From NCBI GenBank assembly GCA_031425235.1, contig JANPIZ010000008.1, positions 27,377-91,376 of the forward strand: a stretch of DNA of 64,000 bases, given 5' to 3'. The position numbers and the translations under genes were made by a program. How positions within the stretch are numbered: the stretch's first letter is position 1; each line of letters starts with the position of its first letter. This DNA is from Candidatus Nomurabacteria bacterium (GTDB lineage Bacteria > Patescibacteriota > Minisyncoccia > Phycocordibacterales > UBA9973). Shown one piece after another: positions 50,243 to 59,930 of this stretch. Below the pieces are notes generated by a model. That model saw nothing but the letters and a program-made list of their open reading frames with translations. It was not told the origin of the DNA and made no database searches.

Positions 50243-51568
50243 TCCATTCGGTAGATCTTTTACTTCGTAACCCAGATTATTTATTTCTTTACGGAGTTCG
50301 TCAGATTTATTAAAATCTTTTTCTTTTCGCGCTTGTTCACGTAGAGTAGCTAGTTTTAAAACTTCTTCTGGGATTTCTTCTTCTTTTATATCTGCAAATC
50401 CAAGGCCGAATACTTTATCGAAGTTCAGTACTGTCGCTTTCTTATCAGCATCTGAAAGGTTTTCGTCTTTTAATACATCCCACAGTACAGTGAGCGCTCT
50501 AGGAGTATCTAAATCATCATCTAAAAAGGCTTTAAATTTTTGCTGATATTCGACACTAATGTTATCACCTTCCACATCTCCTAGCTCTCTGTAGAGGCCG
50601 TAGAGCCGCTTGAGGGCGGTTTCAGTTGCATGTAGCGCCTCTTCGTTCCAGTTCATCGTAGTACGATAGTTTGCCATCAGAACCCAGAGCCTGAAAGCCA
50701 TAGGTAAAATGCCACTTTCTACCATATTGCGTATAGTAGTAAAATTACCCTTAGACTTTGACATCTTTTTTGAATCAATATTTAAAAATCCTGTATGCAA
50801 CCATTGCTTCACCAAGGGAGATAGGCCAGAAGCAGATTCCATCTGAGCAATCTCGCATTCATGGTGAGGGAAGATAAGATCTATTGCTCCTCCATGTATA
50901 TCATATTGAGGTCCAAAAAAAGTTTCAGTTATTGCGGTGTCTTCAATATGCCAACCAGGCCGGCCAGAACCCAAAGAAGTTTCCCAAACTGGTTCGCCTT
51001 CTTTACTATTTTTCCACAGACAAAAATCATTCCAACCTTTTTTCTCTTTTGATTCATCAATCCTAGATACTGCATCGTCTTCTTTTAACTCCGTTCGACC
51101 AGATAGTTTTCCATATTCTTTAAATTTAGCAGTCTCAAAATAAATTCCATCGCTTATTGTATAAGCATATCCTTTCTGAGTGAGTGCTTCTACTTGTTTT
51201 ACTATCTGCGGTATATGATCAGTTGCGCGAGCATATTTAGTAACGGAAGTATTCCCGAGAAGTGCCATGTCTTCTATATAGATTTTTTCAAATTTCAGAG
51301 CCAAATCTTTCCAAGATATTCCAAGTTCTCGGGCGCGGTTTATAATCTTGTCGTCAATATCAGTGATATTTTGCAAGTAAAATACCTCATATCCTGAGTA
51401 TCTTAAAAACCGGACCAGCACATCAAATTGAGTATAGGTTTTACCATGACCCAAATGAGGATAATCATACACAGTTGGACCACAAACAAACAAGTTTATT
51501 TTATTATCTTTGGTTGGCGTGAATTCTTCTTTTTTCTTACCAAGTGTGTTGTAAAATTTAAGTCCCAT
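50219..51568 (-). CDS. cysS: Cysteine--tRNA ligase
   Basis: CGPTVYD, HLGH, GRPGWHIE, DLIFPHHE, KMSKS. Confidence 0.96.
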   Translation of the reverse strand: MGLKFYNTLGKKKEEFTPTKDNKINLFVCGPTVYDYPHLGHGKTYTQFDVLVRFLRYSGYEVFYLQNITDIDDKIINRARELGISWKDLALKFEKIYIEDMALLGNTSVTKYARATDHIPQIVKQVEALTQKGYAYTISDGIYFETAKFKEYGKLSGRTELKEDDAVSRIDESKEKKGWNDFCLWKNSKEGEPVWETSLGSGRPGWHIEDTAITETFFGPQYDIHGGAIDLIFPHHECEIAQMESASGLSPLVKQWLHTGFLNIDSKKMSKSKGNFTTIRNMVESGILPMAFRLWVLMANYRTTMNWNEEALHATETALKRLYGLYRELGDVEGDNISVEYQQKFKAFLDDDLDTPRALTVLWDVLKDENLSDADKKATVLNFDKVFGLGFADIKEEEIPEEVLKLATLREQARKEKDFNKSDELRKEINNLGYEVKDLPNGPRLHQLS

Positions 51569-51570
51569 AA

Positions 51571-52596
51571 TTATTGAATTTTAGACTGATTAAATTCGTT
51601 ACGATATATTGCTATAAGCGTGTACAACAAACTTACAGTCAAAGGTCCTACAAGTATACCGACTGGTCCAACAAATGCGATACCACCTAATACTGAAAAC
51701 AATATGAGAATTGACGGGATATTTATATTTCTTCCGACAACCAAGGGACCCAAGAAATTATCAACAAGACCAACAATAACTACAGACCATACCAATAATC
51801 CCACTGCAGATGTTGTATCTCCAACAGCAAAAAGGAAAATAATCGCAGGACCTGAAACGAGTGCAGTGCCGAATGTAGGGATAAATGACATGATCGCTGC
51901 GACTACACCCCATAATGCACCGTTTGGTACATTAAAAATCCATAACCCAAAACCGAGGAGCACACCTTGTGCGATGGCTATCAACAATGATCCTTTGACT
52001 ACACCATTTACCGCGAGCGCAAGCCTGTTCATGATGCGCGCATCATTTTCGGGACCAAGGGGACTCAGTGTCATGAGAGATTCCTTCCACTTCATCCCAT
52101 CTTTAAGTAAGTAGAAAATAATGAGAAGGAGGAGAACAAACGAAAAAAATGCAGAGATAGTAGTAGTAAATATTGTGGAAATATGGCTCGATAGATAAGT
52201 CACAAAATCAGCTGCTTTTTGATTTACATCAAACTCAACTCCGGGAGGCAACACACTATTTACTTTTGTGTTAATTTTTTCTAAAAAAGGTGATGCACTC
52301 ACATTGCTATCGATAACTTTTTTATACACATCTTGGCTTTGATTGAACACTAAAGCTCCAATACCGAGGATTGGGCCACAGAGCAATATGGTAAATAAAG
52401 CGACCGTTAAGAGGGAAGAAATAGTGGCCGGAATTCCCTTTAGAAGTAACCATTCATAAATAGGGTAGAGGACGATAGTAAAAGATATCCCGAGGACAAT
52501 GATAATCCAAAAAGGTTTAAATATGAAAAATGTAAAAATAGACGTTAGGAGTAATAAGCCAAAGAAAAAGCTTTTTTCTATTATTTTAGTTTGCAT
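51571..52596 (-). CDS. AI-2E family transporter
   Basis: Multi-TM; FYLLKDG, IAIAQG, DNFL-x-P, GG-x-x-x-x-GPVGILVGP. Confidence 0.88.
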   Translation of the reverse strand: MQTKIIEKSFFFGLLLLTSIFTFFIFKPFWIIIVLGISFTIVLYPIYEWLLLKGIPATISSLLTVALFTILLCGPILGIGALVFNQSQDVYKKVIDSNVSASPFLEKINTKVNSVLPPGVEFDVNQKAADFVTYLSSHISTIFTTTISAFFSFVLLLLIIFYLLKDGMKWKESLMTLSPLGPENDARIMNRLALAVNGVVKGSLLIAIAQGVLLGFGLWIFNVPNGALWGVVAAIMSFIPTFGTALVSGPAIIFLFAVGDTTSAVGLLVWSVVIVGLVDNFLGPLVVGRNINIPSILILFSVLGGIAFVGPVGILVGPLTVSLLYTLIAIYRNEFNQSKIQ

Positions 52597-52661
52597 AATA
52601 TATATTGTATCAAAAACTTGTTATAAAATAAAGATATATTGTAAGTAAAACTTTGTTTAGT

Positions 52662-54443
52662 TTATTGATTCTGAGTTTGAATGTATTTATCCCATAGATC
52701 TTGAAAATCTTTTGAATTTTGTTTTAAGTGCTCCAGGTTGCCTCGAGCCACTATTTTTCCATCTTTAAAGAATAAAATGGTATCAAATAATGAAAGTAAG
52801 TGAAGTCTATGAATCGAAGAAATGATTGTTTTTTCGGGGAAGTTTGCAAAAATATTTTCATAAATTTTAAGTTCGTTATGAAAGTCTACACTCGAAGTCG
52901 GCTCGTCGAGGAGGACGATATCTTTATTTTTAGAAGCGAGCAGCCCACGCGCGAGAGCGAGCCGTTGCTTTTCCCCACCACTTAGATTCACTCCTTTTTC
53001 AACAATAGTTGATTCTAATTTGCTCGGGAGTCTTTCTACCACTTCCGTAAATGAAGCCATGTCAATAAAATGTTTTATTTCAGCATCTGAGTACTCGACA
53101 CCGAGCGTAATATTTTCTCGTATAGTTGTAGCAAATATTTCTGGGTCTTGAGGAATAAGGGAAATTGAGTCACTAATCATATCAAATGAATGTGTTACTT
53201 CTTTATCATCAATCTCTAAAGTAATTGTTTTGGGTTCATAAAGTCCCCGGAAAATTTTCAAGAATGTGGTTTTACCGCCACCACTTTCACCGATAACTGC
53301 AATTTTTTCACCCTTTTTTATATCTATACTTACATCACCAAGGTGAAGATCGGCATTCTCTTCATCATGATATGAAAAAGATAAATTTTTAATAGAAAGA
53401 GTAGACCATCTTTTTGGTAAATGCTTCTTTTCGAATGTGGCATTGTCGCTGGTGAAATTTTCCGACAGTTCTTCGGTGTTCATTATATTTGATCGCCACT
53501 TCACAGCATCATTATATAACTGAGCAAAACTATAAAATGTGTCTTTTATTCTTTGGTTGTAGCTGTATAGAATATAAATAGATCCTACTAGTATTACGTC
53601 GCCAGTTTGTAGGTTGTAGACAAGGTACACACAGATCGATAATACGACTGAAATTTGTCCTAAAATCGAAGCCCAGAACCATTTAAGTTCATTGTTGATA
53701 GAATTTTTTCTATACTGTGGATACGGTAGGTCGATAGTTTTACTGATTGATTTTAAGACTAAGCTTTCAACCCTAAGTATGATAACAGTTGTAATATTGC
53801 TGATAGTGTCATATATTCTCGCGGCGATATTATTTTCAAGTTTGTTTACTATTGCATATCCTGGTACCAATCTTTTATCATATAAAAATAAAATGTAAAA
53901 AGTTATACCTGACATAATTACTACAACTAATGTTGAATAAAGATTAAAATACAATAGTGTGAGTATCGATACAAAAAGGCGCACAAAGGCTTGGATGAAG
54001 TTAAAACTATTTTCCGAGAAAGTACCCATCGCAATGGTGCCTTTTTCTATTTTATCTATTGTGTCGCCAGAGTGGTGATCAGTATGCCAGGAAAGCGGTA
54101 GTGACATAGTACCACTTAGTAAGTATTCTTTATAATTTTTTTTGATCAAAAAAGATGTTTTTTGTTCCACAATTCTAGCAGGTCCCCAAAATATCCAAAA
54201 GACAATTTCTGAGCTCAGATACACAAGTAATATTGCGAATAAATAATAAATATTATCACGACTGATACCGTTTTTTTGGATAAAATCTAAAAAGTAACCG
54301 ATAATCAGTGGTTGGGTTAGGTAGGATAAGTTTGCCACAACGAACGAAATCGTCACAAATATAATGTTTTTCTTTCTTTCTCCTGCATATGAATACATCT
54401 TATGAAAGAGATACACAACAGGGTTATTTAGCCAACTTTTCAT
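52662..54443 (-). CDS. Fused ABC exporter permease/ATPase
   Basis: TMD plus GESGGGKTT, LSGGEKQR, LLDEPT; ATG 54443 preferred as start. Confidence 0.92.
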   Translation of the reverse strand: MKSWLNNPVVYLFHKMYSYAGERKKNIIFVTISFVVANLSYLTQPLIIGYFLDFIQKNGISRDNIYYLFAILLVYLSSEIVFWIFWGPARIVEQKTSFLIKKNYKEYLLSGTMSLPLSWHTDHHSGDTIDKIEKGTIAMGTFSENSFNFIQAFVRLFVSILTLLYFNLYSTLVVVIMSGITFYILFLYDKRLVPGYAIVNKLENNIAARIYDTISNITTVIILRVESLVLKSISKTIDLPYPQYRKNSINNELKWFWASILGQISVVLSICVYLVYNLQTGDVILVGSIYILYSYNQRIKDTFYSFAQLYNDAVKWRSNIMNTEELSENFTSDNATFEKKHLPKRWSTLSIKNLSFSYHDEENADLHLGDVSIDIKKGEKIAVIGESGGGKTTFLKIFRGLYEPKTITLEIDDKEVTHSFDMISDSISLIPQDPEIFATTIRENITLGVEYSDAEIKHFIDMASFTEVVERLPSKLESTIVEKGVNLSGGEKQRLALARGLLASKNKDIVLLDEPTSSVDFHNELKIYENIFANFPEKTIISSIHRLHLLSLFDTILFFKDGKIVARGNLEHLKQNSKDFQDLWDKYIQTQNQ

Positions 54444-54520
54444 ATATGAGGTATAGTGTACCACATAAAAACTAATAAAACCTTGCATTTTTAGATGAAA
54501 TTAGGTAATATAAGCCTTAT

Positions 54521-54865
54521 ATGAAAAAGGCGACATCAGACGAATTTGCAGTTATAAAAACAGGCGGAAAGCAATACAAAGTCTCAGAGGGGACTATTGT
54601 TTCTATTGAAAAACTTAAATCTACAAAGGTTGAATATAAAAAGGGCGACAAAGTTTCCTTTGACAAAGTTCTTTTAGTAGATAGCGGCAAAGATGTAACT
54701 ATAGGCACTCCTTATATTGATGGTGCGAGCGTAGATGCTGAAATCATAGAAATCGGCCGTGCACGAAAACTTCTGGTCATGAAGTATAAGCAAAAGTCTC
54801 GATACCTACGAAGAAACGGACATCGTCAACCATTTTTCAAAATCAAAGTTACAGCAATAAACTAA
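54521..54865 (+). CDS. rplU: 50S ribosomal protein L21
   Basis: FAVIKTGGKQYKV, IGTPY, GHRQPF. Confidence 0.96.
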   Translation: MKKATSDEFAVIKTGGKQYKVSEGTIVSIEKLKSTKVEYKKGDKVSFDKVLLVDSGKDVTIGTPYIDGASVDAEIIEIGRARKLLVMKYKQKSRYLRRNGHRQPFFKIKVTAIN

Positions 54866-54900
54866 ATAAAAAAATCACTCGAGAGAGTGATTTTTTTATT
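54864..54900. terminator. Bidirectional terminator between rplU and recR
   Basis: A-run + tcactc-gaga-gagtga + T-run. Confidence 0.75.
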
Positions 54901-55546
54901 GTCTATTTTTTAAAGCATTTTTGAGGGTATCGTTGTCCGAATATTCAAGCTCAGTTCCAGTCGAGAGGCCTTTACCGAGGGAAGAGATTTTTATGTTCTG
55001 TTTGTTGGCTATATCGTTTAATTGTTCGCGGACATACATATCCGTGTGGTCACCTTGAGGGCTTAGTGAAAAGGCAAGTATTATTTCCCCGCCTGCACTA
55101 GCTATGCTAGAAGCATTGCGGGTAGGTTTTAAAAAATCTCTTTTTATTCTTGTCTTTAGTTCTTCGATACGTACTCGACTCTTAGTATTTTTTTCTACGA
55201 TCGGCACAAGCCCGCCCAAGATGAAGTATCTTCCATTATAAATTCCACTTTTATGGACGCTTTCTAGGTCAGAATCTTTCTCTACGATCATAAGAGTTGA
55301 GGAGTCTATGTTTGGGCTAGCGCAGATATTACATATTTTTTCTTTATTTTTTCCAATCACAAAAAATCGGAAACAATCTTCGCATTGCGCAATGTCTTTT
55401 TTCAGCTCGAGTAGTAAACTCGACAAATTCTCAGAATAAAAATTATTTTTAAACATAAGGAAATACACAAAACGTCTCGCTTGACGCTCGCCTATGCCTG
55501 GAAACTCTTTAAAAACCTCTGTCAGTTTGTCGACGATATCCATCAA
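54896..55546 (-). CDS. recR: Recombination protein RecR with a 13-aa repeat-derived insertion
   Basis: PGIG-x-x-x-ARR, CxxC...CxxC, IVE-x-x-x-D, G-x-YFILGG, G-x-ELEY-x-D. Confidence 0.93.
   Translation of the reverse strand: MMDIVDKLTEVFKEFPGIGERQARRFVYFLMFKNNFYSENLSSLLLELKKDIAQCEDCFRFFVIGKNKEKICNICASPNIDSSTLMIVEKDSDLESVHKSGIYNGRYFILGGLVPIVEKNTKSRVRIEELKTRIKRDFLKPTRNASSIASAGGEIILAFSLSPQGDHTDMYVREQLNDIANKQNIKISSLGKGLSTGTELEYSDNDTLKNALKNRQ
55087..55126 (+). repeat. Family C element, in frame inside recR
   Basis: ccccgcctgcactagctatgctagaagcattgcgggtagg, encoding PTRNASSIASAGG on the minus strand. Confidence 0.85.
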
Positions 55547-55633
55547 GCTATTTTAGCATCCCAGAACTAAAATTTCACTCTTTCACTTTTATGACAATAT
55601 TGAATTAATCAGAAATTTGGTACGCGACGAGTA

Positions 55634-57055
55634 TTAAAATTCATCCAAATCTCCGCCAGCTATTTTTGATGCTGAGAATTCACTCAAATTACTTTTTTCA
55701 AGGTTGAGGAATGTAGTAGTTTTTTCATCAAAGTAAAGCTCGACTTTACCGACAGGTCCATTGCGGTGTTTTTCGACTAGAATCTCGGCGATATTTGTCT
55801 TATCCATTTGATCTTTCATCTTGTCTTCACGATGGATAAACATGACCACATCAGCATCTTGTTCGATGGAACCTGAGTCACGAAGGTCGGAAAGTCGTGG
55901 CTTGCCCCCTCGCGATTCTACTGCACGGTTAAGTTGAGAAAGAGCAAGTACGGGTACATCGAGTTCTTTAGCAAGGCTCTTTAGAGAACGAGATATTTCT
56001 GTCACTTGGTTTACCATCGAATCATAATTTTTAGAAGTAGTCATAAGCTGCAAGTAATCTACAACTATAAGGTCTACACCTTTCTCAGCCTTGATTCTGC
56101 GAGCGAGAGCCTTCATGCGGACGATAGAGTTACCAGCCTGGTCATCGATAAATATTTTTGCCTTAGCGAGTTTGTCGAGCGAATCACGAAGCTGTGAAAA
56201 ATCTCTATCAGAGGAAAGATTACCAGTACGTAGGTTCCACGCATTCACCCGTGATTGCGCCGAGAGCATACGGTCGACGAGTTGCTGCGAGGACATTTCG
56301 AGAGAAAATATTAATACTGATTTGTTATTATTTACAGCTGCCAAGCGGGAGATATCAAGAGCAAGAGTTGTCTTACCCATACTTGGACGTGCGGCGAGAA
56401 TGATTAAGTCAGATTTTTGTAAACCCGAGAGCATCGCGTCCAGGTCTTTAAATCCAGTTGGTAATCCGCGAAGCATGCCTTTGTTTTCGTGTAATTTTTC
56501 AAGGCGTTCATAGGCTTCAGGGAGCGCGTCTTTCATGTTTACATATTTTTGATTTTTTGGACTCGATACTACGCTAAATATTTTTTTCTCGGCAAGGTCT
56601 AAAATATCATCCATGTGGTCATCACCTTCTTCAAACGCGAGCTCGGACACATAGTCAGCTGCTTCGATCAAGCTTCGAAGCACATATTTTTTCTGTACAA
56701 TATCAGCGTAGTGTTTGACATTTGTTGAAGACGGAACAGTATTTACTATTTCTGCGAGGTACTGATTGCCGCCGATATTTTCGAGAAGTTTTTGTTCGCC
56801 CAGTTTTGTAGACAACGAAAGCATGTCAATTGGTTCATTTTTATTTGCTAAATCGAGCATCGCCTTGAATATTATTTTGTGCTTTTCAACATAGAATGAA
56901 TCAGGGCTGATCATGTCTTCTACTTCATGCATGGCGTCCTTACGGAGCATGATTGAGCCAAGAACTGCTTGCTCGGAAGGGATGCTTTGGGGTGGAATAC
57001 GCAATGTTTTTTGGGTTGCTTTAGTGGGGACAAATTGTTTTTTTATCGGTGCCAT
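55634..57055 (-). CDS. dnaB: Replicative helicase DnaB
   Basis: AARPSMGKT, FSLEM, VDYLQL, LSQLNR, DLRDSGSIEQDAD, KHRNGP. Confidence 0.97.
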   Translation of the reverse strand: MAPIKKQFVPTKATQKTLRIPPQSIPSEQAVLGSIMLRKDAMHEVEDMISPDSFYVEKHKIIFKAMLDLANKNEPIDMLSLSTKLGEQKLLENIGGNQYLAEIVNTVPSSTNVKHYADIVQKKYVLRSLIEAADYVSELAFEEGDDHMDDILDLAEKKIFSVVSSPKNQKYVNMKDALPEAYERLEKLHENKGMLRGLPTGFKDLDAMLSGLQKSDLIILAARPSMGKTTLALDISRLAAVNNNKSVLIFSLEMSSQQLVDRMLSAQSRVNAWNLRTGNLSSDRDFSQLRDSLDKLAKAKIFIDDQAGNSIVRMKALARRIKAEKGVDLIVVDYLQLMTTSKNYDSMVNQVTEISRSLKSLAKELDVPVLALSQLNRAVESRGGKPRLSDLRDSGSIEQDADVVMFIHREDKMKDQMDKTNIAEILVEKHRNGPVGKVELYFDEKTTTFLNLEKSNLSEFSASKIAGGDLDEF

Positions 57056-57147
57056 GTGTCCTATTCTACCACAGTAAACAAATTGTCAAAACCTAAACCT
57101 TAGTAAGCGTGTTATTAAAGTGTGGAGAAATATGATAATATATAGCT

Positions 57148-58098
57148 ATGTCAAAAAAGATATATTTGTCGGGTATTCAGCCTTCTGGAAAGCCTCATAT
57201 AGGGAACTATTTTGGTATGATGAAGCAACTCCTAGAGCAGCAAAATGAGTATGATGTGTATTTTATGATAGTTGATTATCATGCAATGACTTCGCTCAAA
57301 GATCCATCAGCCATGCGAGAAAATATCATAGCGGTTTTGATTGATTATCTAGCCCTCGGTCTCGACCCAGAAAAATCTATAATATTTAAACAATCAGATG
57401 TGCCTGAGCACACAGAGCTTACCTGGATTTTTGACACTATTACACCCATGGCTTATTTAGAGCGTTCGGTTGCTTATAAAGATGCACGAGATAATGGTAA
57501 AGATATGAATGTCGGCCTATTTAATTATCCATTATTAATGGCGTCAGATATTTTACTTTATAGTCCAGATATAGTTCCCGTTGGGCAAGATCAAAAACAA
57601 CATATCGAGATAGCACGAGACACAGCTCAAAAATTTAATAATACCTTTGGGGATACTTTTAAATTGCCTGAGCACAAAATAATAACAGAAGTTGCAGTAG
57701 TACCAGGTACCGATGGGCGAAAAATGAGTAAGAGTTATGGCAACACCATTCCACTCTTTGCTGAATATGAAGAAATAAAAAAAGCCGTGATGAGTATTGT
57801 GACAGATTCGGGTGGAGATATTCCACAAAATGTATATGCAATCCATAAACTCATAAGACCAGAAAGCGAGCTCGAGCCAATATATAAGGAAAAAGCAGGG
57901 AAATACAAGGAACTCAAGGAACTTCTGATTGAAGACTTGGAAAAGTTCATTGCTCCACTTCGCGAAAAAAGAAAAGAATTCGAAAAAGATATTCCAAAAG
58001 CACTTGAAATCTTAAAACAAGGAGGGGAAAAAGCAAAAAAAGTAGCTGGAGAAAAAATGAAGGAAGTACGAGATAAGATAGGGGTAAATGTTTATTAG
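57148..58098 (+). CDS. trpS: Tryptophan--tRNA ligase
   Basis: SGIQPSG-x-x-HIGNY, YPLLMASDIL, VPVGQDQ, KMSKS. Confidence 0.96.
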   Translation: MSKKIYLSGIQPSGKPHIGNYFGMMKQLLEQQNEYDVYFMIVDYHAMTSLKDPSAMRENIIAVLIDYLALGLDPEKSIIFKQSDVPEHTELTWIFDTITPMAYLERSVAYKDARDNGKDMNVGLFNYPLLMASDILLYSPDIVPVGQDQKQHIEIARDTAQKFNNTFGDTFKLPEHKIITEVAVVPGTDGRKMSKSYGNTIPLFAEYEEIKKAVMSIVTDSGGDIPQNVYAIHKLIRPESELEPIYKEKAGKYKELKELLIEDLEKFIAPLREKRKEFEKDIPKALEILKQGGEKAKKVAGEKMKEVRDKIGVNVY

Positions 58099-58125
58099 CA
58101 TTTAGTTAATTTTCTTTGTGCAAAC

Positions 58126-58148
58126 ATATCAGCATACTAGTGTGATAT
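58126..58148. promoter_or_regulatory. Putative TrpR operator upstream of trpR (autoregulation)
   Basis: atatcagcatactagtgtgatat. Confidence 0.55.
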
Positions 58149-58174
58149 TGTAATAATAAAATACATATTAAAAA

Positions 58175-58459
58175 ATGAAAAATAATTTAGATCAGTATAA
58201 AAAAGAAGTGGTTGAGGTTTTATATAAAATTAGTAAAAATAAAGGCCTGTTGGCTGATTTTGTGAAAGACATACTGACGCCGCGAGAATTTGAAAACATC
58301 AGTGTCCGCTGGCAAATCGTAAAGCGTCTCAATAAAGGGGAACACCACCAATCTATAGCAGAAGATTTACATTTAGGTGTAGCTACTGTCACTCGCGGGT
58401 CTCGTGAGATGAGGAAAATAGAAGGCGGATTTAGGAGAGCCTTGAAGGTGGTTAAATAA
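58175..58459 (+). CDS. trpR: Trp repressor family protein
   Basis: LTPRE...RWQIV-x-x-L-x-x-G...IA-x-x-L-x-LGVATVTRGS; adjacent to trpS. Confidence 0.88.
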   Translation: MKNNLDQYKKEVVEVLYKISKNKGLLADFVKDILTPREFENISVRWQIVKRLNKGEHHQSIAEDLHLGVATVTRGSREMRKIEGGFRRALKVVK

Positions 58460-58510
58460 GTCCTGTAATCTCGACTATTAGAGTTTTCCACACCCAGCTC
58501 TTCTATCCCC

Positions 58511-58554
58511 TTGCAATTTAATTTTATATATACTAGCATACTAGTATGATAGTA
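58511..58554 (+). promoter_or_regulatory. Promoter with an overlapping TrpR-like operator
   Basis: TTGCAA-N17-TAGCAT; near-perfect dyad tactagcatactagtatgatagta at 58531-58554. Confidence 0.6.
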
Positions 58555-58701
58555 ATGAGAAATTTGAACATCTGTGATTCAACATTGGGAAGAAACACAG
58601 CACAAAACACACAAGCAAGACAACGACGAGACATGTGGTGGGGCGCAGAGTTTTTTACTCGTGCGTCTTTTTATAGATTTCTTTTATTTCCAAGAATATA
58701 A
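58555..58701 (+). CDS. Putative trpL-like leader peptide with tandem Trp codons
   Basis: MRNLNICDSTLGRNTAQNTQARQRRDMWWGAEFFTRASFYRFLLFPRI; TGGTGG at 58636-58641. Confidence 0.55.
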   Translation: MRNLNICDSTLGRNTAQNTQARQRRDMWWGAEFFTRASFYRFLLFPRI

Positions 58702-58732
58702 ATATTTTTTCACCAACAAAAAGGAATCCATC

Positions 58733-58765
58733 AAGCGGCGCAATGAGTGCCGTTTTTTTTGTTCT
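58733..58765 (+). terminator. Putative attenuator terminator
   Basis: aagcggcgc-aatga-gtgccgttt followed by a T-run. Confidence 0.65.
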
Positions 58766-58805
58766 TTAATTTTTGGTTTTTTGAAAATAAAATAGGAGAA
58801 AAAAT

Positions 58806-58979
58806 ATGTGGGATTTGCAAATTATAGTTCACAGTAATTTACGTGGATGTGAACGGAAAGTTTTAAGTCTTTTAGATGAAGCTAAACTCGAATTACAACG
58901 AATGAACCTTAAAGAGTTCGATAGAATTCTTAAAGAAATACAGAAGTTAAGGAAAGAATTTTCCAAAGGAGGTAAATAA
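58806..58979 (+). CDS. 57-aa hypothetical protein (missing from the ORF track)
   Basis: AGGAG SD; MWDLQIIVHSNLRGCERKVLSLLDEAKLELQRMNLKEFDRILKEIQKLRKEFSKGGK. Confidence 0.5.
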   Translation: MWDLQIIVHSNLRGCERKVLSLLDEAKLELQRMNLKEFDRILKEIQKLRKEFSKGGK

Positions 58980-58981
58980 AT

Positions 58982-59590
58982 ATGAATACATCAATATATT
59001 CCTTTACTGAATTAGATAAACATTCAGACATCCATGTTAAAAGTATTAGTTCTTACTTACAATTCTTAGTAGATGGTGATGGCAAAAGAGCACACTGTCC
59101 TTTTACTAAATCAGTGCTTATGAAAAAAATGTTTTATTATGATATTAGCAAAAGCATTATTTCATATGAAGAATTTTGTTCTGCTTTAAAACAAATGAAA
59201 CTCTTCATTCATAGTATGAATGATAAACTTGCAGTTGTTGGCTTGGTTTATAGCAATAAAGAAAATTATACTTTAGAAACTGCTATTCAAGTCGAAAAGT
59301 ATAGACAGAAGCATAGACTTGAATTAATCAGTAATGGTTTAACAATTGCATGGATTCATCCGGAAAATAAACTTGGTACTCACACAAATAAAAATAAGCC
59401 CCATTTACCTCTCTGGATTAGTGAAGTGCCTATTCTTACGGTGCGAAATTTACATAAAGGAGATAAGTCATTTATGGTAACTCCAGAATCAAAAGAAGCA
59501 TTCGCTTTAGGTATGGAAAAAGTAAAAAATAAATTTAAACCTATTGACTGGGATTTTTTTACTGAATATTGGAAAAATTTCGGTATTTAA
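58982..59590 (+). CDS. Hypothetical protein with a CPF motif, tentatively DUF6875-like
   Basis: Strong AGGAGGT SD; HCPF, HP-x-N...PL-x-x-SEVPILTVR-x-x-x-x-x-D. Confidence 0.6.
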   Translation: MNTSIYSFTELDKHSDIHVKSISSYLQFLVDGDGKRAHCPFTKSVLMKKMFYYDISKSIISYEEFCSALKQMKLFIHSMNDKLAVVGLVYSNKENYTLETAIQVEKYRQKHRLELISNGLTIAWIHPENKLGTHTNKNKPHLPLWISEVPILTVRNLHKGDKSFMVTPESKEAFALGMEKVKNKFKPIDWDFFTEYWKNFGI

Positions 59591-59611
59591 ATTTTAATCT
59601 ACATTACACTA

Positions 59612-59650
59612 ATTGCCAGACTTTCTATGATAGAAGGTCTGGCAATCTTT
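59612..59650 (+). terminator. Intrinsic terminator
   Basis: attgccagactttcta-tga-tagaaggtctggcaat then cttt. Confidence 0.7.
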
Positions 59651-59818
59651 ATTTAATTAACTTGCATTTTATTTTAATTAATTTATAATATAGGAGTGAA
59701 CAAAATACAGCAAAAAAGTGTCGCAAATAATGTTTTCTTTTTTAGCTTTACTAAACAATTTAGAAGGCTGATCTTTGCGCTGTAAAATTTTAAAAATCTC
59801 TCAAAATAAACTACATCC

Positions 59819-59853
59819 CAAAAACCAGTCTTCTAAAAAGAGACTGGTTTTTT
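59819..59853 (+). terminator. Intrinsic terminator
   Basis: aaaaccagtct-tctaaaaag-agactggtttttt. Confidence 0.7.
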
Positions 59854-59930
59854 CTTTAAACTATCAGTCTCAAATAGGAGATGTGGGGTAGTTTTTTGAC
59901 AAAATAATAAAAAAGAAAGGAAGTAAAACA

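Noticed and set aside
58574-58795. 73-aa GTG ORF from the track
   Set aside because: It overlaps the WW leader frame and terminator, lacks an RBS and has a low-complexity tail.
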